From assembly GCA_965197925.1 (NCBI GenBank), contig CBDAOC010000020.1, positions 672,001 through 736,000 on the forward strand: a stretch of 64,000 nt of DNA. Direction: 5' to 3'. Origin of the DNA: Nitrososphaerales archaeon (GTDB lineage: Archaea; Thermoproteota; Nitrososphaeria; Nitrososphaerales; UBA213). Under the pieces are notes generated by a model that was given only the letters and a program-made list of their open reading frames with translations, was not told the origin of the DNA and ran no database searches. The position numbers and the translations under genes were made by a program. Positions 16,595 to 27,295 of the stretch are shown here, piece after piece (the stretch's first letter is position 1; the number at the start of each line of letters is the position of its first letter).

Positions 16595-17180
16595 CTACAT
16601 CCACATTTTGCCCTTGTAAAACTTGGTCATAGGACACCCAACACATTCGCCACCATTATCAACAAAGGAATCACATTGATTACATGGATGGTCACCACAA
16701 GGTGGTACCTCCAGTTTCTTGTTAATATCCATATTCGTTCTGAAACCATGTAAACTTTTATGAATTGCTTCTGTCCTTACGTTTTCAATATTCTCATTCT
16801 TTTCGAGGTGTTCCGATACAAAGGAATTCACAAATTGTTTACTCTCTGCGACAACAATCATACACATGCCTTGTTCCCCGTGCAAATAGCTTTCCGTAAT
16901 AATAGGGCATCTCCTGAATTTATCAATTATCTCAATCCCGTTCTTTACATCCATATCTATCTTGGTCATCTTTACACCAAGCGCTTTGGAGTCAAGACGT
17001 ACAATTGACTCGCTTAGCATACCATTATTCCCAAGTTTTCGCAGTCTACCAGAAATAGCGGGTTGTGTTAAGTGAATTTTTTTGCAAGTTCAACCTGATT
17101 AATTTTTGGTTGCTTGCTAAGAGTATTCAGTATAAGGGTATCAGTATCGTCGAGGATCTCAATCTTTCTAATTTATATCT
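16595..17180 (-). pseudogene. Lrp/AsnC regulator with a Cys-rich C-terminus, frameshifted in an A-run
   Basis: LDDTDTLILNTL...QVELAK in one frame and IHLTQPAISGRLRKL... in another, shifting at the homopolymer near 17077-17082; C-terminal CGDHPCNQC...CVGCP. Confidence 0.75.
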
Positions 17181-17676
17181 TATTAATGATGTCAGGATAC
17201 ATATATGTTTACTAATTTCTCAAATTGTTTTCTTATATATTATAAGACACTACTGACTATTTTTTAGGACATTCTACTTTGCTAAAAATGATTTTGGAGT
17301 TGTTAATCTGTCACTAACTTCTTGGATAATAATATTTGAGCAGATAGGGACCTAGCTTTTTTTCCTTCCGTATATCAATTTACGAGTCACGTTTTTTGAA
17401 TTCTTATCGTAATGTGTAAGAATTTCATAAACGCGTAGGTCAGAAGGTGTGACCTTCAAGAGAATGATGATGAGTTTAATAAAAGGAAAGAGAATAAATC
17501 ATTTTTCATGCGATGTTGAAATATGATTAACATTGTATTTGAATTTAACATCAAAATCAAGCCCATTAGCCTAGTTACTGAGTAATCAATCAACAATAAA
17601 AAGACCCAATGTAAAGTATATGGAGCTTCTCATTGTCAAATTTGATATTCGTAAGTCAATATATTAAGAGCGTACT

Positions 17677-18141
17677 ATGATAGTTCGGATGTTGACGGTA
17701 AAAGATCTCATGACAAAAGGTGTAATCACAATCGATTTGAATACTAATACCATGGATGCGGCTAAACTTATGAAGGAAAAAAGAATAGCTTCCCTTGTTG
17801 TAACAAAAGGAAAGACCCCACTTGGAATTGTTACGGAAAGAGACTTTGTAAGGCCTATATGTACAGAGAATTTACAGAGTAAGAGTACAAGGTTAGAAGA
17901 TATCACATCCTCTCCTCTCATAACTGTTGATCCCAATGCCAGTATAGAAGATGTGGCAACAATAATGACAAAGAATGAAATCAGGAGAATTGTAGTGACA
18001 AAAAATAATACCGTTATGGGTATATTAACAGCCACTGATCTTGCTGCTTATCTTGTAACACATAAGCGTGGAGTGAAACAGGTTATCCTTGCATTAACAC
18101 GCAATGTGAAGGTAGGGGATAGATACCTATTTGGAGCATGA
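17677..18141 (+). CDS. CBS-pair domain protein
   Basis: VKDLMT, GIVTERD and GILTATD motifs. Confidence 0.9.
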   Translation: MIVRMLTVKDLMTKGVITIDLNTNTMDAAKLMKEKRIASLVVTKGKTPLGIVTERDFVRPICTENLQSKSTRLEDITSSPLITVDPNASIEDVATIMTKNEIRRIVVTKNNTVMGILTATDLAAYLVTHKRGVKQVILALTRNVKVGDRYLFGA

Positions 18142-18143
18142 GT

Positions 18144-18731
18144 TCAGGTTCGAAATATCCTGAAACTCCTTATTTTGTTTGTCTCAACAAATGCATTTAT
18201 TTCATCAACAATGGAAGAGAGGGGTTTAAATGGTTCCTTCACAAAATCGTCCTGCACAAAAACAGTAAATCCTTTGCAGAGATCAGGTAATTCGTAGTAA
18301 TTACCAAAAATGAGCCATATGTTGGTCTTGTTGGGCTGTACCTTTAATAGTCTATCAATATGCATATTGATTATATTTGTGTCAAGGTTTTTTTCGAAGG
18401 ATATTACAAGCGTTCGTGTCGGATCAAATCGTAATTGCTTAAGTGTAGGTATTACCAGATCAATTTCTAAATCATTGTGATATTTGACCTTACGTTCACT
18501 AGGTATCATAGTTATACTGAGGAAATAATGTATCAATACTTCATTAAGATCCCCGTATATCCTGAACTTGACTGAATCGGTTTGGAAATTCAGTAACTTC
18601 ATACACCTACTATATATTTCCTTTATTATCGAGGGAACTTGTGAAGGTTTTGAAACAATGGTTGATTCTATCTTATCCTTGTCCATATCGGCCAACACGT
18701 TGTAAAAAATTCCTTTAGCGTCGACTTTCAT
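18144..18731 (-). CDS. Hypothetical protein
   Basis: Intact 195-aa ORF directly downstream of the cyclase gene. Confidence 0.7.
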   Translation of the reverse strand: MKVDAKGIFYNVLADMDKDKIESTIVSKPSQVPSIIKEIYSRCMKLLNFQTDSVKFRIYGDLNEVLIHYFLSITMIPSERKVKYHNDLEIDLVIPTLKQLRFDPTRTLVISFEKNLDTNIINMHIDRLLKVQPNKTNIWLIFGNYYELPDLCKGFTVFVQDDFVKEPFKPLSSIVDEINAFVETNKIRSFRIFRT

Positions 18732-18764
18732 ACGACATGTTTCTTTTTGTTCTTACTTTTAAAT

Positions 18765-19502
18765 CTAAGACGTTGTGTACAATTTATACAAAGTTCCATT
18801 CGCAGGATCTTTAAAACTATAAACATCCGGTCCATGCTGAATTTCTGAAAATTCTTGCTTCAAGTAAGGATCTAGTAATTTGTATAAGTTCTCACCTACC
18901 ACTATTTGACCTGGAGTTGCAACTGCATTGATTTTTGAAGCTACACTTATACTAGAACCTACAATGTCTATGTAAGATCTTGCCGGATCTCTACCATATA
19001 GTACTACCAAATTCTCACCAAAATCCATACCAAGTTTAATACCGATCGTGGGAAATCCATTATTCTTGAATACAGGATTAAGACCATGAGCAACAATCTT
19101 TACCATGGAACGCGAAGAATTAACGGCATTATTGCATGCTTTCTTACAATCAAATTCTGCGGGGAAAAATGCAATGATAGCATCGCCAACATATTTCAAA
19201 ACGTATCCACCGTAGCCGGCAGTTATCATCATCATTTCTTGAGAGAAGACTTGTACTATAGATGCTAATACTTGTGTTGGAAGGGTCAAGCTCATCCTTG
19301 TAGAATCCTCAATATCAGCGTAAAGGATAGCAAGTTTTACTTTTTTGTTCACATGTCTGCGCAAAAATTTTTCTGAGAGTTCTGTAGAGGTCTCCAACTG
19401 CAAGCTTCGTTGAATAGTCTCCAAAACTCTTGTCTTTGTTTTTTCGATAATTGCCTCATCTGCCTGACCAGATAGCGTCATTGAAATCGATTGATTATTC
19501 AT
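18765..19502 (-). CDS. Class III adenylate/guanylate cyclase domain protein
   Basis: ILYADIEDST, VLKYVGDAIIAFF and DIVGSSISVASKI motifs. Confidence 0.9.
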   Translation of the reverse strand: MNNQSISMTLSGQADEAIIEKTKTRVLETIQRSLQLETSTELSEKFLRRHVNKKVKLAILYADIEDSTRMSLTLPTQVLASIVQVFSQEMMMITAGYGGYVLKYVGDAIIAFFPAEFDCKKACNNAVNSSRSMVKIVAHGLNPVFKNNGFPTIGIKLGMDFGENLVVLYGRDPARSYIDIVGSSISVASKINAVATPGQIVVGENLYKLLDPYLKQEFSEIQHGPDVYSFKDPANGTLYKLYTTS

Positions 19503-19906
19503 ATATATGAGCTTTAGTTACTTCTCCAATATGATACACTTTTTAATATTCTACTTGAATTGAAAATATTATTTTACACTAGAATAGAAGGTATGGATTA
19601 TATTCTATAACACTTTGTTGTTACAATAAGGAGCTGAGATTAATGGTTTCTCAAAATCAAATACTATCTGAGAAATTATGCAAACGAAATCTGCCGGCAA
19701 CACCGATAACCTTAGTGGGAAATAGATGTGCGCATTAAGATTCAATTGTATACAAAATTGCAAAACTAGTATCATAATAAAATTTAATAAAATTATTCTC
19801 CCGACGAAATTTCTTTGAAAGTTGTGTAGCGAAACAGTTTGGCCCTCAGATAAATTACAAGAAATTATAACGATACTATTATCAACAACTAAAGGAAAAT
19901 GATGCT

Positions 19907-20348
19907 ATGTCAATGTCAGACATAATTTTCACTTGGGGTCCAAGATTTCATTTGATTCAGGCAACTGGAGAGCATCATTATTATACATCGTTTGCTCGTT
20001 ATGCCATCGATATTGATCATACACCTGATCCAGAGGAGGAAGTTCAAGCCGATAATAATACACAGATTACATTACCTACAGAACGCTTTTTGCGCAATTT
20101 TCGATTAAAAGTAGCTCCAACAGGTGTGGATGGACAACCAGGAAATACAAGTGGAAATAATACCAGTGACATTTAGAGTAAATAGTAGCGATTTGAGAAC
20201 CTTAACAATTCCTGCTGGAGGGACTGGAGAATTTAGTGTTACTCCTTTTATCTCTCCGCACATTTCTTCAGGTAGTAGCTTGAACAGTAGAATTGATACT
20301 AACTTAGAAGACGGTCAGCGGATAATTATTTCCATAATATTGTCATGA
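19907..20348 (+). pseudogene. Split hypothetical gene (two overlapping fragments)
   Basis: ORFs 19907-20176 and 20124-20348 overlap in different frames. Confidence 0.4.
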
Positions 20349-20396
20349 GTTGGAAGTTTCTCTATTTTATTTCCACCTTGGTTTTTTGAGTGGGTA

Positions 20397-20795
20397 TTGT
20401 CTGAAGCACAAATGAGTAAGGAATACCATTCTTACTCCCCGGAGTGGATTAGGCTTGCAGGTTGGCTCAGATCTTCTTCATTTAGCCTATTTTCGTCCGA
20501 GGAAGGTATTACCCAAGATGCCTTATCGTCCAGTACCGATAGAAACGAAGATGTTACTACGTGGAGAGTTGGCACGTGTGAGTGTATAATGATCTCCACC
20601 GGTGAATGGACGGAATTAAAATTTTTGAAAGCCTGTAGTTATCATAAAGCTTCAGGGATGAATGAATCGAATATTCATAACGAGTATAAGAATATCAATC
20701 GAAAGTGTGTTGAGAACAAGAATCTAAGACTCGTTTTCATTAGAAAAGTCAGAAAATTCAATTCAGATAGCGAGCAAAGTAAGCATGGTGATTAA
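20397..20795 (+). CDS. Hypothetical protein
   Basis: 132-aa ORF with no recognised motif. Confidence 0.4.
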   Translation: MSEAQMSKEYHSYSPEWIRLAGWLRSSSFSLFSSEEGITQDALSSSTDRNEDVTTWRVGTCECIMISTGEWTELKFLKACSYHKASGMNESNIHNEYKNINRKCVENKNLRLVFIRKVRKFNSDSEQSKHGD

Positions 20796-21059
20796 ATCCA
20801 CCTCTAGTAGGATCTATATTTTTAAGCTATTTCTAGAAGGGAATGACCTTGGTGGTTGGAATATACAAAACGAAATTTTTAGAACTAAGACACTAATTCA
20901 TGGCTAAGAAATGCATGTATTGATCTTCACTGGTGAGGTATCTAAATTTCAATTTACTAAGATTAGCCAATCAAAATTCTTCAAATTAGAAAATTACCAC
21001 GAGCTAAATCAGAATCTATCATAATTGTAAATTAAACTCGACAAAGAATATGTAAATAA

Positions 21060-21415
21060 TTACCAGAATGCGCTTTTGCCCATCTCATCATTTGGTATAA
21101 TTTCAACTTCTAAAGAATCCACACCAAAAATTGTTTTCACGGCCTTAACCTTACTTCTATAAAGATAGTATCGTTTTCCATTTTCATTTATTATTGAACC
21201 CATTATCTTTATGAGTCCGTTTTCCTCCAAATCGTGTATCCTTCTATAGGCTGTACTCATAGGTATACTACATTGCACATATCTCAATAACAGATTTTGG
21301 TTTATCCATCAAGAAGGTAAGAATGATTCTAGAATATTCGTCTGCAAGTGCTTGTAGAACAGCATTTTTGAATTTTTGATCATTTACGTTTCCTTGCAAT
21401 ATTTGTGATGCCTGC
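21060..21415 (-). pseudogene. Winged-HTH (ArsR-like) regulator, frameshifted
   Basis: AVLQALADEYSRIIL upstream is out of frame with IPMSTAYRRIHDLEENGLI. Confidence 0.7.
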
Positions 21416-21466
21416 TACGCTTTAATATTCTTTCAAACGACTCATCTTTTAAGTAATAATTATCAC

Positions 21467-22433
21467 AGCTCTGTAAAAACCATACCATAAATACAGTCAA
21501 TCTATGCATGTAGGCTACACTCTGAACATCACTTCCCTTTTCTGAATCTTCACCAGTCTTGATGCTATATGCTCACCTAACATTCTCTTTACCCCAGACA
21601 GTATCGTCTTATTCTTGTTTCTTTGATGGTATGGAGGTGTATAGAATCTCCTCTTCATTTGCTTCCAATATCTTCCATGCGTTCTCCATACTGGAACATC
21701 TTCATATCTAGCTGGTATGATACTAACAATATCAAGTTCTTTTTGTAAATATTCATGATTTGTTTCACTATCATAGCTCTTGTCTGCTACAACGATAGAG
21801 TGGTATCATGTTAGATGTTCTTTCCATAATGGGGTTGAAATCTATAGTATCTTGTGTAGGTGCCCTTCACATCTTCAATGAATATGCTATTTACTCTCCC
21901 ACTTCAGCACCTATCGATAGCTTGATGTACTTCTTCCTTATTTCTGTTCTATCCGTATAGAATGACGATGCATTGCTCGACCTTAATCCAAAAGCATCTA
22001 TTCCTACCAACAATTTCCTTATCTTGGTGAAAAGTATGAATGAAGAAATTATTCTGTATGGTATGTTGCCATCTATCCTTGCAGCAAATTTCTGAAGGGT
22101 TGTATAATGTGGGACTAATTGTAGATACATTCTAAGTGTGGATACACTCTAAGATAGAATCCTTCACGAAGTAATTCTATAATCCCTCTGTAGCTCTTCC
22201 TTTCATACCGTCTTAGCACTAGATGGATAAGGTGTTGCCATACAGTATGCATATGGTTGATCATCATGTGCATGTAGAGCAATACTCTAGCCCTTATCAA
22301 GACATTAAGTATTGTTTTTGAAAGTTTGACGTATCTAGACTCCCATACATGGACATGATAGGTATCCAACAGATTGATCTCACGGTGCAATTCTATATAC
22401 AATAAGCTACAATCTATGGTTTCTACAGGAGCC
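21467..22433 (-). mobile_element. IS family B copy 1 (IS5-like DDE, heavily degraded)
   Basis: TIRs agctctgtaaaaaccata / tatggtttctacaggagcc; fragments PHYTTLQKFA, GIDAFG and ADKSYD; paralogous to 53242-54201. Confidence 0.85.
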
Positions 22434-22774
22434 GAAAAACTTGTAGATGACATGAACCCATATTGGATTCCCAGAGAAGCGCCAGAACCTTGTTGTGCGG
22501 AAACGAAAAACTTTACCGATAATTTAGAAGGTTTACTAATACCAACACTGAAACATGGGTCAATACAAGATATAGAAAAAACCCGAGACTTTATGTGGAC
22601 TATTGGTTTTATATTATTATATGATTTTAGGAACACTAATCTAAATGATCTAAACGAATAATTACAACAATATCTACAATACAAAAACCGGTAGTTGAAA
22701 CAAAGTAAAAAGTACCAAAAGAAGAAATGCAAAAATATAGTCCCATCTATATTGCTATATAGGTTGATAGAATA

Positions 22775-23407
22775 ATGTTAGCTGGCCTTGATGAGGCGGG
22801 AAGAGGATCGGTCTTGGGACCTCTTGTTATAGCAGGAGTTCTTGTTGATAGATCTGCATTACGGCATCTCAAAAGAATGGGGGTGAAGGACTCGAAACTT
22901 CTGTCGAGGGTAAAGCGCAACGTGCTATATTCACAGATTAAGAATATTGTAGAGGATTATAGCATTGTTGTGATTAAACCATCCTCAATTGATCTGTATG
23001 TTCGGAGAGGGGAGCTGAATATCCTTGAGGCGAAGTTTATGAATACTATAATAAAGCGACTTGAACCAACAACTGCGTTTGTAGATGCATGTAGTGACCC
23101 GCGTCATTTTAGGGGTCTGATGAAAGGCATGATACATTACAATTGCAGGATAAATGCAATAAACCATGGAGAGAGGCATGTGGCAGTTGCGGCTGCTTCA
23201 GTGCTAGCAAAGGTCAAGCGCGATAGTGAAATTGAGAAGATTAGAATGGAGTATGGAGACATAGGCAGCGGATACCCCTCTGACGAGAAAACTTTGGAAT
23301 ACCTTAGCAAATGGATAAATGTGTATAGAAAGGTGCCAAATTTTGCCAGAAGTTCATGGAAGCCCGTGAGAAAAATGGTGAATGGACATATGCAAATGAA
23401 ATCTTAG
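22775..23407 (+). CDS. rnhB: Ribonuclease HII
   Basis: GLDEAGRGSVLGPL, DSKLLS, VAAASVLAKV.RD and GSGYPSD. Confidence 0.96.
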   Translation: MLAGLDEAGRGSVLGPLVIAGVLVDRSALRHLKRMGVKDSKLLSRVKRNVLYSQIKNIVEDYSIVVIKPSSIDLYVRRGELNILEAKFMNTIIKRLEPTTAFVDACSDPRHFRGLMKGMIHYNCRINAINHGERHVAVAAASVLAKVKRDSEIEKIRMEYGDIGSGYPSDEKTLEYLSKWINVYRKVPNFARSSWKPVRKMVNGHMQMKS

Positions 23408-23409
23408 GA

Positions 23410-24087
23410 TTATAAATGATATTGAGTAGATACTATGGCATGATCCTTGTCGAAAGGTTGCAGGTTGATAACCTGCTTTACATCAAAACTCTTTGCCTCT
23501 AGCTTTGCGACTTCTCCGTTAACTACGTCTTTTGGTTCTTTCGTAACATCTATACTTCTAGCTTTAATAACTAGCATAAAATAACCACCATTCTTCAGAT
23601 AGGTATAACAATTTGTTATTCCTATGTCAGTCTGATCGGGCTGAGCAATATCGCAATATACCACATCTACCTTACCTGTAAGAGAAAAATATGCGTGGGG
23701 TTTCCTAGCGTCCTCAACTATAGGTATGATGTTCTGTCGGTAAGTAGCAACTCTGGTAATTAGTTCTCTAGCAACTCTAGACGCAGATTCTACACAATAT
23801 ACCAAACCCCTAGAACCTACAATATCGGATACATGACTTGCCGTTGTCCCAGTAGAAGCTCCAAGATAGAGAACCTTACTTCCATATCTTATTGGAAGAA
23901 ATTTTAGACCCTTTATCATCGCACCTGCAAGTTTACTCCTAAAGGGATCCCAGATACGAAATTCAACTCCTTTGATCTTGATCAAACGCTCACCGTAAAC
24001 AGTAACACCCCTAGCAAGATTTTCAGTGCAGATTTTTCTTTCACCGCGTATATCTACCCAAATTATACTATCTTCTTCTCTTGCCAA
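23410..24087 (-). CDS. flpA: Fibrillarin-like rRNA 2'-O-methyltransferase
   Basis: [25 protein letters not shown] and [10 protein letters not shown] at 24087 preferred as the start. Confidence 0.95.
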   Translation of the reverse strand: MAREEDSIIWVDIRGERKICTENLARGVTVYGERLIKIKGVEFRIWDPFRSKLAGAMIKGLKFLPIRYGSKVLYLGASTGTTASHVSDIVGSRGLVYCVESASRVARELITRVATYRQNIIPIVEDARKPHAYFSLTGKVDVVYCDIAQPDQTDIGITNCYTYLKNGGYFMLVIKARSIDVTKEPKDVVNGEVAKLEAKSFDVKQVINLQPFDKDHAIVSTQYHL

Positions 24088-25324
24088 ACTTCCTTCTCCT
24101 TTCCTTTTTGAACTTCCTCCTTTCGTTTCCCCTTTTCTTTGTCTTCTCGAACTTATGCCTAGGTTTCTCTTCATACTCTTTTCGTTCAACAGGTTCCTTG
24201 TACTTCTTCCTTATCTCCTCCAGGCGTTCGTTGAGCTTGTCAATTAGCGTTGAATCCTTGATTCCTTTGTACACATCTATACGAGACCCAATGGCAACCT
24301 TAGAAGCAATAACTCTAGCTATCTTGCCCCTCTGCCATTCGGGTGCAGAATGTATCAAAGGGTGCTGAAATATAATGCCATGTTTTGGAGGTCTGCTACC
24401 AGTCTTTAATGCTCTGAACAAAGCCTTTTCTGCTCCTATCACCTGTACTGTGCTTGAAGCCTTGCAAGAGAGTCTTTCCAAGCCACCAGTCTTTGCAATC
24501 ATCCTAGCACCAATGGTTGCGCCGAGAATTTCTTTTACATTAGGAGCGACTATCTCCATTTCATTTTCAAGATGTGAAGTTAGATCATTACGTATGGAGT
24601 TAAGGTTCTTAATCTCGAACGCTAGTTTCTCTACTGCCATAAGGTTCTCTGAGGTGATTGCTCCACCGTTACTGGATTTTGCAAGGCTTAACATCTCTTT
24701 GGCTTTATCTTCCAACATCCCTGTTTCCTCCAAAGAATCTTCATTGAGGGAATCCCTTGAACCGATTTGAACTATATCGCAGTAAGTGGACAAATTTGGT
24801 GTCATGGCCTCAAGTTCAGGGAAGTGTAAGCCATACCATTCACGAAGTCTAGAACCCATTAGATTAATTATCTTATCAAGCTCATCCAATGCATTGATGG
24901 ACTGGATTATATGAGAATCGCGTTTCGCAGAGATCTCACCTACCTTTATTGATGATAGATCCATGGCAAATCTCCTTAGAATACCTAAGGCCTCAAATTC
25001 GTTTGGCGCAAACCTTGCTTTTACCATTAATTTGACCTTTTGTTCCTGTATTTCCATTTGCTTGTCACTATCAATCATAGAAGCTTCGATGCCTTTTTCT
25101 GATAATATACTGACAAGACCTTGATCGTTTGAGAGTATAGAGTCATATTGGTCCTTACTGAATATCTCTAAAAAACTGGACAAGTGATAAGGCGTGATAC
25201 CATTTTTTATTTCTCTGTATGTCTTTACCAGTTCAGTATCGAATCCGGAGGATTGAATAACATTGCCTTGATCGTCGATGGCAACTATACCTGCTTCAAG
25301 TAAAAGCAAAGTGCATTTTGACAT
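24068..25324 (-). CDS. nop5: Nop5 (Nop56/58) C/D RNP protein
   Basis: [27 protein letters not shown] and PKHGIIF; basic tail. Confidence 0.96.
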   Translation of the reverse strand: MSKCTLLLLEAGIVAIDDQGNVIQSSGFDTELVKTYREIKNGITPYHLSSFLEIFSKDQYDSILSNDQGLVSILSEKGIEASMIDSDKQMEIQEQKVKLMVKARFAPNEFEALGILRRFAMDLSSIKVGEISAKRDSHIIQSINALDELDKIINLMGSRLREWYGLHFPELEAMTPNLSTYCDIVQIGSRDSLNEDSLEETGMLEDKAKEMLSLAKSSNGGAITSENLMAVEKLAFEIKNLNSIRNDLTSHLENEMEIVAPNVKEILGATIGARMIAKTGGLERLSCKASSTVQVIGAEKALFRALKTGSRPPKHGIIFQHPLIHSAPEWQRGKIARVIASKVAIGSRIDVYKGIKDSTLIDKLNERLEEIRKKYKEPVERKEYEEKPRHKFEKTKKRGNERRKFKKERRRKFGKRRR

Positions 25325-25495
25325 TGTAACAAATGTAGTACATAGCTCTTAAAAAAGCTAGTATTGGATTTCTATTATGATGGGAGGTGCTTCGTTAAGC
25401 TTACTGGAACGGCCAAAAAAAGACTGGTCCAAGAGGATTGCATCCTAATTATCTGAAAAGCGGATTAGCTATAAACATTATATTATGATATTCAC

Positions 25496-26422
25496 TTGGT
25501 GTACGTATTGAAAAATAAGATTGATCTCACCGTAAATATTGGTGAATTGCGTATAAGGAACCCTACAATGCTCGCTTCAGGCATCCTTGGCATATCCTAT
25601 GAGGTGTTCATGCGGATTCACGAAGCGAATGCAGGTGCCATTGTATCAAAATCGATAAGTGTTGAGCCCAGAGAAGGTTATAAAAATCCAACCATAATGT
25701 CAGTGGAATGTGGGTATCTTAATGCAGTGGGTTTATCAAATCCAGGTATGGATGCGTTTGCAAAGGAGATAGAGAACAACAGCTCTATACCGATTATAGT
25801 GAACCTTGTAGGGTCCACTGAGGAAGAATTCGTATCTATGGTAAAAAAATTCGATAGTCTAAATGTGATCTCTTATGAATTGAATTTATCATGCCCTCAT
25901 GTAGAAAAGGTTGGTTTGGAAGTTGGAGACGATCCTGAACTTGTATATAAAGTTGTCAAAGGCATGAAATCAAATACAAATAAACCTGTGATAGTGAAGG
26001 TTGGACTCGGTGCAACTGACATACTTGAAACTGCGAAGGTGTCTAAAGAAGCTGGAGCCGATGCAATAACTGCGATAAATACAATACGTGCGATGAGTAT
26101 CGATATCGAGACCCAGATGCCTTTTTTAAGTAATGGTATTGGGGGGTTGTCTGGTAAGGGCATAAAGCCTATTGCGATCAGATGTGTTTACGAAATTTCG
26201 AAGAACCTTGATATGCCGGTTATAGGGTGCGGTGGAGTGTATACATGGGAAGATGCAGTTGAATTCATGTTAGCTGGTGCAAGTGCAGTGCAAATGGGGA
26301 GTGTAATAGGAGATAGGTGGTTAGACGCATTCCCGAACATAATACGTGGTATCGGCTCATATCTTGAAAAGAAGGGAATGACTAGTGTCATGGAGTTGGT
26401 TGGGCTTGCACACAAATATTAA
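25496..26422 (+). CDS. pyrD: Dihydroorotate dehydrogenase, catalytic subunit
   Basis: NAVGLSNPG, ELNLSCPH and GGLSG..IKP. Confidence 0.95.
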   Translation: MVYVLKNKIDLTVNIGELRIRNPTMLASGILGISYEVFMRIHEANAGAIVSKSISVEPREGYKNPTIMSVECGYLNAVGLSNPGMDAFAKEIENNSSIPIIVNLVGSTEEEFVSMVKKFDSLNVISYELNLSCPHVEKVGLEVGDDPELVYKVVKGMKSNTNKPVIVKVGLGATDILETAKVSKEAGADAITAINTIRAMSIDIETQMPFLSNGIGGLSGKGIKPIAIRCVYEISKNLDMPVIGCGGVYTWEDAVEFMLAGASAVQMGSVIGDRWLDAFPNIIRGIGSYLEKKGMTSVMELVGLAHKY

Positions 26423-26426
26423 TAAA

Positions 26427-27233
26427 ATGAGATTCATCAAAGTGGAAGAAGTTATTGAGGAAAGTCCTACTGTTCGTACTCTAATCTATAAAGATAAACT
26501 CTGCGAATCCGCAAAATCTGGACAGTTTTCCATGGTATGGATACCTGGAATCGATGAAATTCCTATAAGTGTGATGGTATCTGAAAAAAATGGTTATGCA
26601 GGAATAACCATCAGGAAACATGGTTATTCGTCAACGGCCCTTTACAACACGCCTGTTGGTGGTGAGTTAGGTGTAAGAGGACCATATGGTAATTCTTTTG
26701 ACATTTTGAATGGAAATTTGTTACTGGTTGGAGGTGGTACAGGATTGGTTCCGATACTGCGTTTATCAAGAGAGATTGGGAGAAAGAAGAATGAGAAAAA
26801 CAAGGTTTTTTTGGTCATAGGTGCAAGAACAAAGGATGAAGTAATCTTCGAAAAGCTTGCGAAACAGGTACTGAAAAAAGTGAAAAACAAGGTTATAATT
26901 TCTACGGAGGATGGAAGTTATGGTTCTGAAGGTCTTGCTACAGATGCTGCGGCAAGAGTTATGAAACATGCGGGGTTAGATATGATATATACCTGTGGGC
27001 CGGAAAGGATGATGAAGAAGATTCTCGAATTGGCAACATCATATAAAATACCTGCCCAAGGAAGTCTTGAGAGACTTATGAAGTGTGGGATAGGAATATG
27101 CGGTAGTTGCTGCATCGGAAAGTACCTTATTTGCAAGGATGGTCCTGTCTTGGACGGTAGAACTTTGCTCAAACTGCCTGAATTCGGTTTTCATGCAAGA
27201 GACAAGTCTGGTAGAACAAATATAATGTGGTAA
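26427..27233 (+). CDS. pyrK: Dihydroorotate dehydrogenase electron-transfer subunit
   Basis: RGPYGN, GGGTG, CGPE and MKCGIGICGSC...CKDGPV. Confidence 0.93.
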   Translation: MRFIKVEEVIEESPTVRTLIYKDKLCESAKSGQFSMVWIPGIDEIPISVMVSEKNGYAGITIRKHGYSSTALYNTPVGGELGVRGPYGNSFDILNGNLLLVGGGTGLVPILRLSREIGRKKNEKNKVFLVIGARTKDEVIFEKLAKQVLKKVKNKVIISTEDGSYGSEGLATDAAARVMKHAGLDMIYTCGPERMMKKILELATSYKIPAQGSLERLMKCGIGICGSCCIGKYLICKDGPVLDGRTLLKLPEFGFHARDKSGRTNIMW

Positions 27234-27295
27234 AGAAGTCGCTAGCGACGCTTCAGAAGTTTTATATCATAGCTTAGCGATTCGGCTTAAGTAAC

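Noticed and set aside
22115..22732. 205-aa ORF
   Set aside because: Chance read-through from flanking DNA across the TIR into a transposase N-terminus
25370..25460. Possible structured RNA between nop5 and pyrD
   Set aside because: Only weak pairing and no convincing C/D or H/ACA box set
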